64,000 bases of DNA from an uncultured Candidatus Saccharibacteria bacterium (GCA_965230955.1 OZ246404.1:782321-846320); one strand, 5' to 3'; positions 38,911-49,433 are shown, numbered from the stretch's first letter. Numbers and translations: made by a program. Notes: a model not told the origin generated them from the letters alone.

Positions 38911-40452
38911 CTACTTTTTTAATTCCGCCTTATACTCCCGGGACCGTCCCCCATTCCCTGACTTTAGCGTCTCATAATCCGGCACGGCGTAAAGATCCAG
39001 TGTCCCGTCCAAGAAATTGGAAGAAACCAGCTTTTTCCCATCAGGCGATAACGCCAAGGCCGTCGGTTGGTTGCCACCGACAACCGCATCCAGCATCTGC
39101 CCCGTGTCAGTGTCAAAAACCAACACCGATCCCCAATCCGGGCCGGGCACATAATACGACTCGTCCGCGTTGGTACCGCGACAAGAGATGAACAATAATT
39201 TTTTATCCGGGCTAAGCACTATGGTATTCGGATTACTGTCGGTACCGGCCCATTTTTCGATTTCACCCGTATCTAAATGGTAGCGAAAAATTGCCGCTTC
39301 GGCCATGTCGGAAATATATAAAATTTGCCGATCTTCATCAGCCACAATGTGGCGCAGAGCCCCGCCGCTTTTGTACAGAACTTCGCTCGACAAATCATCG
39401 AGCTTGATCCGCTGAAGTTCGCCCTTATCAAACCCGGCGACGTATAAGTATTGTCCGTCTTTGGTCACGTAAACACTGCGCGGAGTGGCTACGGTCGGAA
39501 TCAATCTTTTGACCTCGCCGCTCACCAGATCAATTTCCGAAATATTGTTTCCCGACCAATTGGTGACATAGAGAACCCGCTCATCCGGCGACAGCTCCAA
39601 AATTTTACACCAGGTGCTCTTGGTCGGAAAGGATCGCAGAATTTCGCGCGTGGCGACATCGATTTCGTAGACCGTATCGGTTTCCATCTGGGAAATATAG
39701 GCCCGATCTCCCGCGCGATTAAAAACCACTTCGACTCCGCCGTTATCCTTGAGGTTGATCGATTGCAATTTTTCTCCGTCCGAAGCGCGAAAGACATTCG
39801 CGCCCGCCTTTTTGCCCATCAGCAAAGAAACCCAGATTTCCTCGCCGTTAGGCGTGAAAGCGGCACCCTTGGGCGAGGCGCCAGAAGGTGACTGCCACAA
39901 TAAATGGAGTAACTGCCCCGGCTTATCGAGCCATAAGTCTAAATCTCGATTTTGATCCAAAAAGTAAGTCTCATTCAACGTCTGATAGCCGTCAGCCGAG
40001 AGCTCAATTTTGATCTCTCCCGCACGAACAGTTTCACTGTAGGGCGTTTGCCCGCTCTTTTCACTTCCGTCAGGTAAAATTAATTTATAGTCTGCCTTTT
40101 TGGGCGTTGAAGTTAATGAAAACTCAAAATTCTGCGGCACTAAAGCAATTTCGCGCTCAATTTTCTGCCCGCGCTTAATTTCCACTTCTTCTTTGACCGG
40201 TTCGAAACCGACTCGAGCCACTTCAATCGTATAGCGACCAGGCACCACATTTTTCAGGGCCAGTTGACCCGCCGCCGATTCATCCCCTATTTTAATCTGC
40301 GCATTGACCGGATCGGCCGAGATAATAATTTCTCCGGTTCGAGAAAAATATATCCAAAGGCAAGTGGTAATAACCGACGCCACGATAAAAATCACGATCC
40401 ACATAATGCGCCGCTGGTGAGAAGCATAATTGTAATGCACGCGGTGGCTCAC
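38911..40452 (-). CDS. membrane-anchored PEGA-domain plus YVTN/YncE-type beta-propeller protein
   Basis: N-terminal TM helix. PEGA domain (IKIGDESAAGQLALKNVVPGRYTIEVARVGFEP). Repeated LYVTN/LYVAG/LLFIS propeller blades. Confidence 0.6.
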   Translation of the reverse strand: MSHRVHYNYASHQRRIMWIVIFIVASVITTCLWIYFSRTGEIIISADPVNAQIKIGDESAAGQLALKNVVPGRYTIEVARVGFEPVKEEVEIKRGQKIEREIALVPQNFEFSLTSTPKKADYKLILPDGSEKSGQTPYSETVRAGEIKIELSADGYQTLNETYFLDQNRDLDLWLDKPGQLLHLLWQSPSGASPKGAAFTPNGEEIWVSLLMGKKAGANVFRASDGEKLQSINLKDNGGVEVVFNRAGDRAYISQMETDTVYEIDVATREILRSFPTKSTWCKILELSPDERVLYVTNWSGNNISEIDLVSGEVKRLIPTVATPRSVYVTKDGQYLYVAGFDKGELQRIKLDDLSSEVLYKSGGALRHIVADEDRQILYISDMAEAAIFRYHLDTGEIEKWAGTDSNPNTIVLSPDKKLLFISCRGTNADESYYVPGPDWGSVLVFDTDTGQMLDAVVGGNQPTALALSPDGKKLVSSNFLDGTLDLYAVPDYETLKSGNGGRSREYKAELKK

Positions 40453-40457
40453 AAATT

Positions 40458-40526
40458 AAGTCAAAAGTCAAAGGTCAAAGGTCAAAAGTGCGTTTATCGA
40501 TACTTTTGACTTTTGATTTTTGACTT
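40458..40526. repeat. palindromic array of 'gtcaaaag'/'cttttgac' heptamers in a divergent promoter region
   Basis: agtcaaaagtcaaaggtcaaaggtcaaaagtg...acttttgacttttgatttttgactt. A similar 'ttgacttttgactt' array precedes ssrA at 23711-23745. It contains repeated TTGACT -35-like hexamers. Confidence 0.4.
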
Positions 40527-40613
40527 AGTTCTATTATACCCCATCCAGTTCCCCATTTCCACCCGATTTGTTATAATGCGCTTAAGACTAAAAGGCTTAA
40601 AAACAATAAAAAA

Positions 40614-43229
40614 ATGAACCTCAAAACATCGCTTTTGGTGGTAGCGTTCTTGGTTTTTGGCGCCGCTCTGCTTTTTACTTTGAGCGCACCCCGAGCTTCA
40701 GCCGCCACCACTTGGTACGTTGACGCCAATGTGGCCGCCAGCGGCGCCGGGACTGCCGCCAGTCCCTTTAAAACTATCTTGGCAGCCGTCAACGCCGCCA
40801 GCAGTGGAGATAGTATTTACCTGAAAAACGGAACATATTCACCATCCACTAATGGCGAAATCTATCCGATAAGTACCGGGAAGACTTTATATTTTGAAGG
40901 ACAAACCCAAGACGGCGTCATTCTTGATCCGGAAGTAGCCAATCCCGAACTGGCCATTTATATGTTTATGATGAACGGTAATAGTTCCTTCACCAAAATG
41001 ACCTTTACCGGATATTACAGCGTCCTTTTCCTGACCGGCGAGCATGCGGATGTAACTTACTGCACTTTCATGGGGTATTATGACGGCGCCATGCGAGCCG
41101 CCGGCGCGGTTTATTCTTTGGGCAGTGGCGATTACAGCCATAATATTTTTCACGATCACCGTAATTACACTTTATTTATCTACGGCGGCGCCTTCGGCAC
41201 CTTCGCAAACTTTTCCGCTACCATCACGAATAACAGATTCGAAAATGATCACGGATCACCTTATCCCAAAACTCCGATATCAATTTATTCCGTCGCGACA
41301 GCCTCGGAGACAAACAGGATGGAAATTACTGACAATATCATGTCCGGAACCGATGGCAATCAATTACTCTACGGCGGTATCCTGATAGCGGGGACATCCG
41401 CAGGGGAAAACGATTTTATCGTGGAGCGAAATACTATTTCAGGACATTTATTTGGCATGCTCAGTTTGACTGGCAGCGGCACAAGCGATTTTCAAGTCAG
41501 CAATAATTACATCATGCATAGCGATTCGACTTATCGCGACTATGGTAACGCCACCGGAATCATGATTTATGAAACCAGTGATTCCGCCATGACAGGAAAT
41601 ATCTACAACAATGTTATTTCCCAAAATGGTTATGGCTTATATATAAACACCGACAATGAAGGAACACTGCACTACGACAATTTCAACGTCACCAACAACA
41701 CTCTCTACGATATTTCTGAGCACGCCGTTTGCATCTATTCTGATACTTATGGATCATCCAACAAAACCACTCTAAACGCCAGAAATAATGCCATCCAAAA
41801 AGCCACTAACGGACTCTACAACGGCGGCACGGATAGTTATATAAAAAATTTCACCAGTGACCATAACGCTTTCTTTGACATTAGCCAAGAAAGTTATACC
41901 AATGTTATGCCCGGAGAAAATGACTTACTGAAAGACCCGGAATTCGCGGATAAAGATAACGCCGATTACTCACTCAATCCTTCTTCTCTTCTCATTGATG
42001 CCGGCACGTCGGAGTCTGCTCCGACCGACGACATTGAAGGCACCTCCCGCCCGCAAGGCCGAGGCATCGATATCGGCGCTTATGAATCGATCGATTGGAG
42101 CGGCATGTTCCGCATCGGCAACGGCTACATCGCCACGGCTCCGGCCTCCGCCGGTGGACCGCAATACAAATTCTTCAAATACGACGGCGCGCAAATCACG
42201 AAAGCGATTAACGCTTTCAATACCGACTGGCGCTCCGAATTCAAAGTGCAGACGGCAGACATCAATGACGACGGAGTTGATGAAATTGTCGCTTTTGCCG
42301 GAGCCGGAGTCGAACCCAAGTTACGAGTTTACAAAAAGAACGGTGATCGCTTGGCGGAAGTAACCGCTCTGAATTCCGGTTTCCGCGGCGGACTCAATGC
42401 CGTCACCGGCGATTTCAACAATGACGGCCGGATCGAGATCGCGGTGGCTCCCGCCAATTCCGGCGGTCCGCAAGTTCAAGTTTACCGCTACGAAAAAGGT
42501 AAATTGATTCTCATGACACAGTTCCTCGCCTACCCCGGCACCTTCCGCGGCGGACTCTCGCTCGCCGCCGGCGACACCGATGCCAACGGTTACCAATCGA
42601 TTATCACCGCCCCCTCGGCCGGCGGAGGACCGGATGTCAGAGTATACCGATACGAAAAAGGTAAATTTGTCAAAAAAGCCGCCATTCTGGCATACGGCAG
42701 CGGTAATCGAGACGGAGTCAATCTGACTTCGGTCGATATGAATCGAGACGGAAAAGACGAAGTGATCACCGCGCCGATAAACGGGAAAAGCAATGTCAGA
42801 GTTTATCGCGAAGAAAACGGCAAACTGAAATTGCTCGATTGGAAGATAGCTTACGGCGATACTTTTGCCGGCGGCGTCAACCTGAGTAGCGGTGATGTCA
42901 ATGCCGACCGGAAAGGTGAAATTGTCCTGACCCCGGCGCACTTGGGTGGTCCGAACCTGATGGTCTATCAGCTCAACGATCAGAATAAGCTGGAAAAAGT
43001 CACCAATAAGATTGTTTATTCCTCAAACATGCGCGCGGGTTACAAGACAGCCGTCGGCGATCTCAACGATGACGGTACCTCCGAAATCGCTATCGTCCCC
43101 ACCTCGCCTCAGACTGCCAATATCCAAGTGTTCACCATGGCCGGCAACAAACTCCAAAAAGTGAAAAGTTTCATGGCCTATGATTCGAAATTCCGCGGCG
43201 GGATTAATTTGGCGATTGGAGGAAGATAA
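40614..43229 (+). CDS. secreted protein with an N-terminal right-handed parallel beta-helix (PbH1 repeats) and a C-terminal seven-bladed FG-GAP beta-propeller
   Basis: Signal peptide. NN.ISxN-type beta-helix rungs. Repeated DxNxDGxxE / FRGG units (DINDDGVDEIV, DFNNDGRIEIA, DTDANGYQSII, DMNRDGKDEVI, DVNADRKGEIV, DLNDDGTSEIA). Confidence 0.6.
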   Translation: MNLKTSLLVVAFLVFGAALLFTLSAPRASAATTWYVDANVAASGAGTAASPFKTILAAVNAASSGDSIYLKNGTYSPSTNGEIYPISTGKTLYFEGQTQDGVILDPEVANPELAIYMFMMNGNSSFTKMTFTGYYSVLFLTGEHADVTYCTFMGYYDGAMRAAGAVYSLGSGDYSHNIFHDHRNYTLFIYGGAFGTFANFSATITNNRFENDHGSPYPKTPISIYSVATASETNRMEITDNIMSGTDGNQLLYGGILIAGTSAGENDFIVERNTISGHLFGMLSLTGSGTSDFQVSNNYIMHSDSTYRDYGNATGIMIYETSDSAMTGNIYNNVISQNGYGLYINTDNEGTLHYDNFNVTNNTLYDISEHAVCIYSDTYGSSNKTTLNARNNAIQKATNGLYNGGTDSYIKNFTSDHNAFFDISQESYTNVMPGENDLLKDPEFADKDNADYSLNPSSLLIDAGTSESAPTDDIEGTSRPQGRGIDIGAYESIDWSGMFRIGNGYIATAPASAGGPQYKFFKYDGAQITKAINAFNTDWRSEFKVQTADINDDGVDEIVAFAGAGVEPKLRVYKKNGDRLAEVTALNSGFRGGLNAVTGDFNNDGRIEIAVAPANSGGPQVQVYRYEKGKLILMTQFLAYPGTFRGGLSLAAGDTDANGYQSIITAPSAGGGPDVRVYRYEKGKFVKKAAILAYGSGNRDGVNLTSVDMNRDGKDEVITAPINGKSNVRVYREENGKLKLLDWKIAYGDTFAGGVNLSSGDVNADRKGEIVLTPAHLGGPNLMVYQLNDQNKLEKVTNKIVYSSNMRAGYKTAVGDLNDDGTSEIAIVPTSPQTANIQVFTMAGNKLQKVKSFMAYDSKFRGGINLAIGGR

Positions 43230-43247
43230 TCGCATTTGCTATGCTAT

Positions 43248-43289
43248 GCAGGGGTGGGCCCGCCGAATCGGCGGGCCACCCCTGCTTTT
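43248..43289 (+). terminator. rho-independent terminator; GC hairpin with the 'ccgaatcgg' core, plus TTTT
   Basis: gcaggggtgggcccgccgaatcggcgggccacccctgc + tttt, 19 nt after the 40614..43229 stop. Confidence 0.55.
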
Positions 43290-43318
43290 GCAATCGCATC
43301 AAACCGGCGTGCAAAACT

Positions 43319-43356
43319 AAAGCAGCGGCCCGCCGAATCGGCGGGCCGCTGCTTTT
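43319..43356 (-). terminator. rho-independent terminator for the convergent minus-strand gene; second GC hairpin of the same family
   Basis: aaagcagcggcccgccgaatcggcgggccgctgctttt, 18 nt beyond the 43374 gene end. Confidence 0.55.
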
Positions 43357-43373
43357 CAGGTAGTCTAATTAAG

Positions 43374-44231
43374 CTAGATAAACTCCACCGTCTTCACAAT
43401 ATTTTCCAATTCTCCGAAATAATGATTGGGATTGGCCGCGTCGCCCCAATAAGTGAAGTGGTAATTGGCTTTCGGTCCCACGACAATCATGCCGAAGAAA
43501 TCACCCAAGGTACTGATGGAATATTTGACTACGGTTTTGTCACCAACTTTGGCCTGATAAGGCTTGTTGGTGAAAAATTCACCTTCTTTGGCGTTCAGCT
43601 CGGCGATCACGCGATCGGCGCTCTGCGCTTTTTCAAAAATCAGCTGTTCATTAATGCGCCCCCAACCGCCGCCTTCGCCCTGGCCAATCGGGCCAAATGA
43701 TATGCCTTCTGCCATTTCATCATAGGGATTGATACGAAAAGTGTCATTGCCCCACTTCGGATTGTAAGGAACTTCGAATTTAATGCCTTTGGCGGCATTG
43801 GTATAAGTGACGGTCGTAGTCGGCGGGTCGTAATTGAATTTCTCCGTACCGCAGCGATTAAGCGTCGCCGGGTTGCCGATATCGCAGTATTGCAGAGCCG
43901 TTTCGGTGGTCAGCAAAATACGATTATCCACCGCGGTCGGCGTCGGGGTTGGGGTGGGAGTCGGCGTCACGGTCACGCTGGGTACAGGAGTTTCGGAAAC
44001 CGTCGGCGTCACCGTTATTTCATTTCGGAGTTGACTGATTTCGCGCTCCAGGGCGCCTTTGGTGTCATTTTGCCACCAGAGAACTAAAACGACGACCAAC
44101 ACTATCGCGATCACCGCCACCGCCAAAATAATTATCCACAGATGGGATTTCTTCGGCGCCGCCGGCTGAGCGGACGGAATAGTGCCGGAAGGAACTTGAT
44201 TCATATGAGAAAATTTAAGATTATGGCTCAA
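43374..44231 (-). CDS. membrane-anchored hypothetical protein with a TPTPTPTPT linker
   Basis: ORF track. TM helix, then a (TP)n linker, then an unknown globular domain. Confidence 0.4.
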   Translation of the reverse strand: MSHNLKFSHMNQVPSGTIPSAQPAAPKKSHLWIIILAVAVIAIVLVVVLVLWWQNDTKGALEREISQLRNEITVTPTVSETPVPSVTVTPTPTPTPTPTAVDNRILLTTETALQYCDIGNPATLNRCGTEKFNYDPPTTTVTYTNAAKGIKFEVPYNPKWGNDTFRINPYDEMAEGISFGPIGQGEGGGWGRINEQLIFEKAQSADRVIAELNAKEGEFFTNKPYQAKVGDKTVVKYSISTLGDFFGMIVVGPKANYHFTYWGDAANPNHYFGELENIVKTVEFI

Positions 44232-44308
44232 TTATAAGGTATTCGGCCCCGGCGGTCAAAACACGATGAAAAAAGAACGGCCGATCGCCGCTCTTTTCGA
44301 CTAAATTT

Positions 44309-44959
44309 TCAGTTTTTCTGGTTTTGTTTGGCCGCCTGTTTTTCCCTCTGGAGATTTCTGATATGCCGCCAAACGTACCAGGCGATAAAGACCAAAATAA
44401 GTATCCCGATTGTCAAGTCAAAACTATGCAATGTTTGCCTGATTTTTTCCCAATTTGCGCCCATTTTCACTCCCAGCCAGGTGAACAGGATACACCAGGG
44501 CAAAGCGCCCAGAAAAGTATAGAAAGAAAATTTCTTGAGGTTCATCCGCGCGACTCCGGCGGGAAAAGAAATAAAAGTCCGCACAATCGGCAGGAGCCTT
44601 CCGACGAAGACGGCTAATTCGCCGCGTTTGGTGAACCAGCGATCCCCGACATCCAGATCATGCTTGGAAATCAAGACATACTTACCGTATTTTTCGATCA
44701 ACGGACGTCCGCCCTTCATGCCGATCCAATACGCCAAAAGCGAGCCACCCAGATTGCCGACAGTTCCCAAAATAGCCACCAGCCAAAAATTCATCTTGCC
44801 GGCTTCCACCAAAAATCCGGAAAACGGCATGATCACTTCCGAGGGCATCGGGATTCCGCAGCTCTCGATAAACATCAAAAAGAAAATCCCGCCGTAGCCC
44901 AGGAAATCGATAATTTGGACCACTAAATTAGCTAAAAAATCAATAATTTCTGCAAACAT
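44309..44959 (-). CDS. DedA/SNARE-associated (VTT domain) membrane protein
   Basis: GIPMPSEVIMPFSGFLV and the G.....R.LPIVRTFISFPAG conserved DedA motifs. Confidence 0.8.
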   Translation of the reverse strand: MFAEIIDFLANLVVQIIDFLGYGGIFFLMFIESCGIPMPSEVIMPFSGFLVEAGKMNFWLVAILGTVGNLGGSLLAYWIGMKGGRPLIEKYGKYVLISKHDLDVGDRWFTKRGELAVFVGRLLPIVRTFISFPAGVARMNLKKFSFYTFLGALPWCILFTWLGVKMGANWEKIRQTLHSFDLTIGILILVFIAWYVWRHIRNLQREKQAAKQNQKN

Positions 44960-45034
44960 AAAAAATAGGCTTTAGAGCTTAATACCGAAATTATATAGTA
45001 TCTCTCGGAAAAAAACAACCGCCGCTGGAAACAC

Positions 45035-45068
45035 AAAGCCCAAAATTAAACGGCATTTTGGGCTTTAA
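45035..45068 (-). terminator. hairpin terminator (aagcccaaaa-ttaaacggca-ttttgggctt)
   Basis: A 10-bp stem between the 45100 gene end and the dedA start. Confidence 0.45.
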
Positions 45069-45099
45069 GCTTTTAATTCGTTTTAAGCTTTAAGTTTTT

Positions 45100-47793
45100 T
45101 TAGGATATATCCGGATCAATAAAGATTGACATGTACGGTAGCTGCACTTCATTGAGCCGGTCAATCTGATCAATCAAATCCTGGCGAATGTCGGTATAGG
45201 CGGGAGTCGACATTTGGGAAGGAATCGTGCCGGTGATGAAGTATTCCGCCAGGAAGACCAAGGCACTGCCGGGTGAAGAGGCTACGCTGTAGGCAAAATC
45301 TTCTCCGAAAATCGCGCCGTATAGCTCGGCTTCGATCGTCCAGGTCAGCTGGAAAACCAGTGTGTGAGGCGAGAAAACCGCTGCCACGGAAATACCGGTA
45401 TCGATCGTGTCGCTGGCGATTTTTTCGGAGTACGCGGTTTCAAGTATCGGGTCATCGGTATTCGCCAGATTATAAACATCATAGGAAACTTCCACCACCC
45501 CGATCGCTACCGCCAACCCCACTGAAGCTTTTTTGGAAGTGATTTTGGCTAATTTCCCCGCCTTGCCCGCCATACCGACGGTGTTTTCACTGATCTGCAC
45601 CAACGATTGAACCGTCTGGGCTCCGGACAAACCGACTTGAACCGAGTAATAAACAGAGTTCACCGTATCCCCGTCTTTATAAGCGACCCAAGCCGACTGA
45701 CCGTTGGCGACCATCGAGGCGATCCCGTTGACCGCTCCCACTCCAGCCATCGCCGCTCCGTATTTGGGCGAGCGCGCCCAGTGGGTTGAGGGGAGCGATG
45801 AAACATCTTCTACCTTATTGATGGATGTAACCATGTTTTCCGTCAACGAGGCAAAGCTTTGAATCAGCCCGGCTCCGGATTGAACGTAGGTGGTAATCGT
45901 TTCGGTCATGTCCATCACTTCGTATTTTTCGTTGGCGCCGGCCGCGGGATTGTGCTTGACCACCCCTTGCCATTCCGACCGCTTCTGAACATTGGAACCG
46001 CTCTGGCCGCTGAAAAAGGAAAGCTCGCGCACATTGTTGTTCAAATCGGCAAAATCATGCAATTCCTCCGAGACAGTCTTGCTATTATTATTGGTGTTCT
46101 GATAAGTGATGTCCCGAGTCAAACCTTTTAGATCCCAAGCCAAATTCAGCGGAGTGTAATCGGTATTGTTACCGTTCTTTTCCACCCACACCGGCGTAAT
46201 TTTTATTTGGGCCGATGAACCGGTCGCCTTCTCTTTGGGGATTCGGAAAGTCGCCATGAAATTGGATCCGTCTTCCAGAGTCGCCGTTGCTAAGTTTTCG
46301 AAGTAAGTCGTGTTGTCATCATTATTGAAGTCGCCCGAAGGATAGAGAGAATAAATAAAGCCGGGCAATTTATAATGAGTATCGTCTTGGTAATTCATCC
46401 CGGCATAAGCCGAGGGCGAGTCAAACTGGACGGAAATCGACTGCTCCAGATTCGGTTTCAGCTTAATGGGATATGTCTGATAGCGGAAATAATTGTCATC
46501 CGCCGGATATTTTATCTCCGCGTTGTTTTTCAGGTAGGCTTTTTGGTAATCATTCAAATAATCGTAGTAAAAACGATATTCGTTCGGATGGAAAAATCCG
46601 GCCGCGAAGGTATAGGAATTATCCGCGTCAAGGTCGGCCCCGATTTCCGTATCGGCCACGGCTATCTCTTGAGGAGTGACGTCTTCCATTTCATACGCTT
46701 CGAAATGTTTGGCGGCAAAAACATTGTTGAGCGCCATTTTATAATGCTCTTGATCCATCACACTGTGCTTGGTGCCTTCATCGTAATAAGTGTCCAGATA
46801 TTCCATCCAGGAGGAAAAGAAACCGTAATGCTTATAATAGGTTTCCACCCAGCCGTCCAGGCCAAAAGCCTCGATCGGTTGGGTAATCCGGATCATGCCG
46901 ACTTTTTGGTTTTCCAGCCAGGCGGGAGTATTCGGCTTGATAAGCGGCGATAAATCTTTGCCGTCAATCACGCCATCGCCGTCGGTATCGGGATTGTTTT
47001 TATCGGTCTGGAATAAAAGCTCATTTTTATCAGTGACCAGATCGTTATCACTGTCTAAATCCGGCTGGAGCAAATCTCCCCCACCCTGGTTATTGCCGCC
47101 GTTATTATTATTTCCCCCGGTAGTGTCACCGCCGGTGGTATCGCCTCCGGTCGTATCCGTGCCGGAACCGGTCGTAAAATTTTTGACGCTGTCTTTGTTA
47201 AAAGCGAGATGGTTGTCGGAGGCGCCGGTGCGAACCGCTTTCAGGTAAAGCGTCGTTCCGCCACCGAGCGCGGAGCGAGGAATCGAGACGGAGCCGCGAC
47301 AAGTATAGCCGACCGGATCGGAAGCCGGAGAAACATTTTTCAGCGAGGCCGAAACGCTCGGCGAGCCGGCCGTGATCGGTTTGCTGTCATAGAAAAGTTT
47401 AAAATTGGCGTCAAAGCCCTTGCCGCCGTTGTAAGTATTGGTCGCCAGGACTTCCATCTGGACATCCAGATTGCCGTCACCGGCCGGGACATTGACCAAG
47501 CGCCATTGGGCATATTGCTTCAGCGCTTTATCGCGCACCCAATACCAGCCGCTGATCAAATCGCCGTTAGTCTCAAAAGCTTGCTGGGCCGTACCGGTAG
47601 TCGTGGTCCCGGTATCTCCGGGCGGCGGAGGCACAGTTGAAGCGGTCGAGGGCGTCGGCACGGGAGCGGCGGTCTCTTGAGCCACTTCCTTTTCCACTTC
47701 ATTGACCACTTTGTCGACCGTCGTCTGAGTGCAGGACGGAAAAAGAAGCAGAGAAAAAACCAGCAAGAGTGCGAGAGTGATGGGCTTTTTCAT
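45100..47793 (-). CDS. large surface lipoprotein (897 aa) with a TSP3-like Ca-binding DTDGDGVIDGKD motif and (GDTTG)3 repeats; hypothetical
   Basis: Lipobox LFPSC. Low-complexity G/T/N-rich region. Aspartate-rich calcium-binding-like loops. Confidence 0.5.
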   Translation of the reverse strand: MKKPITLALLLVFSLLLFPSCTQTTVDKVVNEVEKEVAQETAAPVPTPSTASTVPPPPGDTGTTTTGTAQQAFETNGDLISGWYWVRDKALKQYAQWRLVNVPAGDGNLDVQMEVLATNTYNGGKGFDANFKLFYDSKPITAGSPSVSASLKNVSPASDPVGYTCRGSVSIPRSALGGGTTLYLKAVRTGASDNHLAFNKDSVKNFTTGSGTDTTGGDTTGGDTTGGNNNNGGNNQGGGDLLQPDLDSDNDLVTDKNELLFQTDKNNPDTDGDGVIDGKDLSPLIKPNTPAWLENQKVGMIRITQPIEAFGLDGWVETYYKHYGFFSSWMEYLDTYYDEGTKHSVMDQEHYKMALNNVFAAKHFEAYEMEDVTPQEIAVADTEIGADLDADNSYTFAAGFFHPNEYRFYYDYLNDYQKAYLKNNAEIKYPADDNYFRYQTYPIKLKPNLEQSISVQFDSPSAYAGMNYQDDTHYKLPGFIYSLYPSGDFNNDDNTTYFENLATATLEDGSNFMATFRIPKEKATGSSAQIKITPVWVEKNGNNTDYTPLNLAWDLKGLTRDITYQNTNNNSKTVSEELHDFADLNNNVRELSFFSGQSGSNVQKRSEWQGVVKHNPAAGANEKYEVMDMTETITTYVQSGAGLIQSFASLTENMVTSINKVEDVSSLPSTHWARSPKYGAAMAGVGAVNGIASMVANGQSAWVAYKDGDTVNSVYYSVQVGLSGAQTVQSLVQISENTVGMAGKAGKLAKITSKKASVGLAVAIGVVEVSYDVYNLANTDDPILETAYSEKIASDTIDTGISVAAVFSPHTLVFQLTWTIEAELYGAIFGEDFAYSVASSPGSALVFLAEYFITGTIPSQMSTPAYTDIRQDLIDQIDRLNEVQLPYMSIFIDPDIS

Positions 47794-48002
47794 AAGATTA
47801 TAGATTTAAGATATTGCTTAGCTAAAATCAAATAACAAATAACCAATATCAAATAAATTGCCAAAATTCAATTACCAAACAGATTTGCCTGAGTTTGTAT
47901 ATTGGAGCTTGCTTACGCAAACAATCTTGAAATCCAAACATTTTCAACATTGGTTATTGAATTTTACTTGATATTGGTTATTTATGATTGGATATTATAC
48001 TG

Positions 48003-48794
48003 CTATTCCTTCGGCCAAATCACGATAATCTTCTTGTCTCCGTGCTCAATATCTCCCCCGTTCCAATCATGCATGGCGTTCATCACTGTCTCAATTTTGT
48101 AAGTATATTTTTCGCCCAAACGAGTCCCGACATCGTTAGTGATGAAAGTCGTCGGGGTGTAGCCGCGGATGACGATAAAATGATAAACCGGTCCCGGCGG
48201 GGTGAAATTGGGATTGCCGAGCTGGCGCCCGGCGGTCGGGACCAAGACCGGCCGGCCCGCCGCAACATTGCTTTTAATATCTTCAACCGTCGGATCGCTG
48301 ATTATTTCGACGCGATCGTAGCCCCAATAGGCTTTGATCCAGTCGGCCGTTTCGGCGACATTGGTGTCTTTATAAAAGCCCAGATATTTATTTTCAAAAT
48401 CAACGATCGCCAGAATCTCTTTGTTGGCCAGATCAGACGTAAATTTTTTCCCCTCATAATAATAGTGCACGACCAGCGCCGCGGTTTCTTCACAAGCTTC
48501 CTGATATGGCATTCCCCAATTACCAAACGGCGCCTGGGAAGTAAAAGGAACGTCCAGCAAATGAGATTCCGGAATCGGTTCCGGTTCCGGCGTGGGCACC
48601 GGTACTTCCACCATGGCAGGTGTAGGGGCGTCCGGTTTACCCTCCGGAGCTTCAGCGGAGGAGGGCTGGCTGCCCTGATCAACACCGCCATCACCATCCC
48701 CAGTTTTCTCCGGGCACGCCAAAAAATACAGGCCAACCGCCAGGGCGATAATGACAATTAAAATACCGGCAATTTTCAGGTGTTTTTTCGGCAT
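48003..48794 (-). CDS. membrane-anchored papain-fold peptidase C39-like domain protein
   Basis: TM helix, then a P/E-rich linker, then Q...C (QEACEETAALV) and a downstream H (VYHFIVIRGY) arranged as in C39-like domains. Confidence 0.4.
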   Translation of the reverse strand: MPKKHLKIAGILIVIIALAVGLYFLACPEKTGDGDGGVDQGSQPSSAEAPEGKPDAPTPAMVEVPVPTPEPEPIPESHLLDVPFTSQAPFGNWGMPYQEACEETAALVVHYYYEGKKFTSDLANKEILAIVDFENKYLGFYKDTNVAETADWIKAYWGYDRVEIISDPTVEDIKSNVAAGRPVLVPTAGRQLGNPNFTPPGPVYHFIVIRGYTPTTFITNDVGTRLGEKYTYKIETVMNAMHDWNGGDIEHGDKKIIVIWPKE

Positions 48795-48891
48795 GAAAGG
48801 TACCTCTATCCTAACAGAATCTTTGATCCTTTACAAAACATTGTGTTTATGTTAGATTTCTTCGATCCGAAATTTCGGAAAGGAGGATACT

Positions 48892-49356
48892 GTGAAAAAA
48901 AATACACTGGATATACTGATGTGTTTTTGGGTTCTTGCCGGTTGCGAAATTGAAAACGCTTCTACTTCGACTCCGAGCGAAAGCATCATGGGAGTGAAAT
49001 ACGAAATCAATCATTTGGGAAAAGTGATTGTGGGACCGGTTATCATCGGGTGTGATTTTTTGGGCGTCTTTGTCCAAAAAGACGATGATACCATCAAAAA
49101 ATTCATATTTTCGAACCAAGCTCACTTCCACAATTTGTTCGCCGGTGTTGTTCCCGGGCAAGCGCTCTATGAAGTTTGGTTTATAGAACCCCCCACCAGA
49201 AATGACAGAAATGACAGAATTTACCACTCTATCTTTTTTACCTTCCGCCCGAGTCCGGAACAAATTCTACCATTCATTCCGGAAGAAATGAGGAAGATCG
49301 AAACCCCCACTCCCGAACCCACAGTCATACGTCCGGAAAAAGAACCTGGCCAATGA
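48892..49356 (+). CDS. small lipoprotein (hypothetical)
   Basis: GAAAGGAGGATACT-GTG start with a LAGC lipobox. The overlapping minus ORF 48847..49263 was judged spurious. Confidence 0.4.
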   Translation: MKKNTLDILMCFWVLAGCEIENASTSTPSESIMGVKYEINHLGKVIVGPVIIGCDFLGVFVQKDDDTIKKFIFSNQAHFHNLFAGVVPGQALYEVWFIEPPTRNDRNDRIYHSIFFTFRPSPEQILPFIPEEMRKIETPTPEPTVIRPEKEPGQ

Positions 49357-49433
49357 CCGTTCGCCAAGACCGACCCACCCCAAAAAGGTGCGCCGGTCAT
49401 TTTTTATCATTTTACGTAGGGGCGAGCAATATT

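Noticed and set aside
40458-40526. Possible CRISPR array or tandem direct repeats (gtcaaaag heptamers)
   Set aside because: The units are 7-8 bp with no spacers and are arranged as an inverted repeat. It is not a CRISPR array and is more likely promoter or operator architecture. The same applies to 6890-6948 and 23711-23745.
41970-42941. Several 60-200-aa ORFs on the minus strand
   Set aside because: They are nested antisense within the beta-helix/FG-GAP gene 40614..43229.
46375-46953. 192-aa plus-strand ORF inside the large lipoprotein gene
   Set aside because: It is a shadow ORF on the opposite strand of the 45100..47793 coding sequence.
48847-49263. 138-aa minus-strand ORF
   Set aside because: It overlaps the plus-strand 48892..49356 lipoprotein gene, which has a strong AAGGAGG ribosome-binding site and a lipobox. 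The minus ORF has neither.
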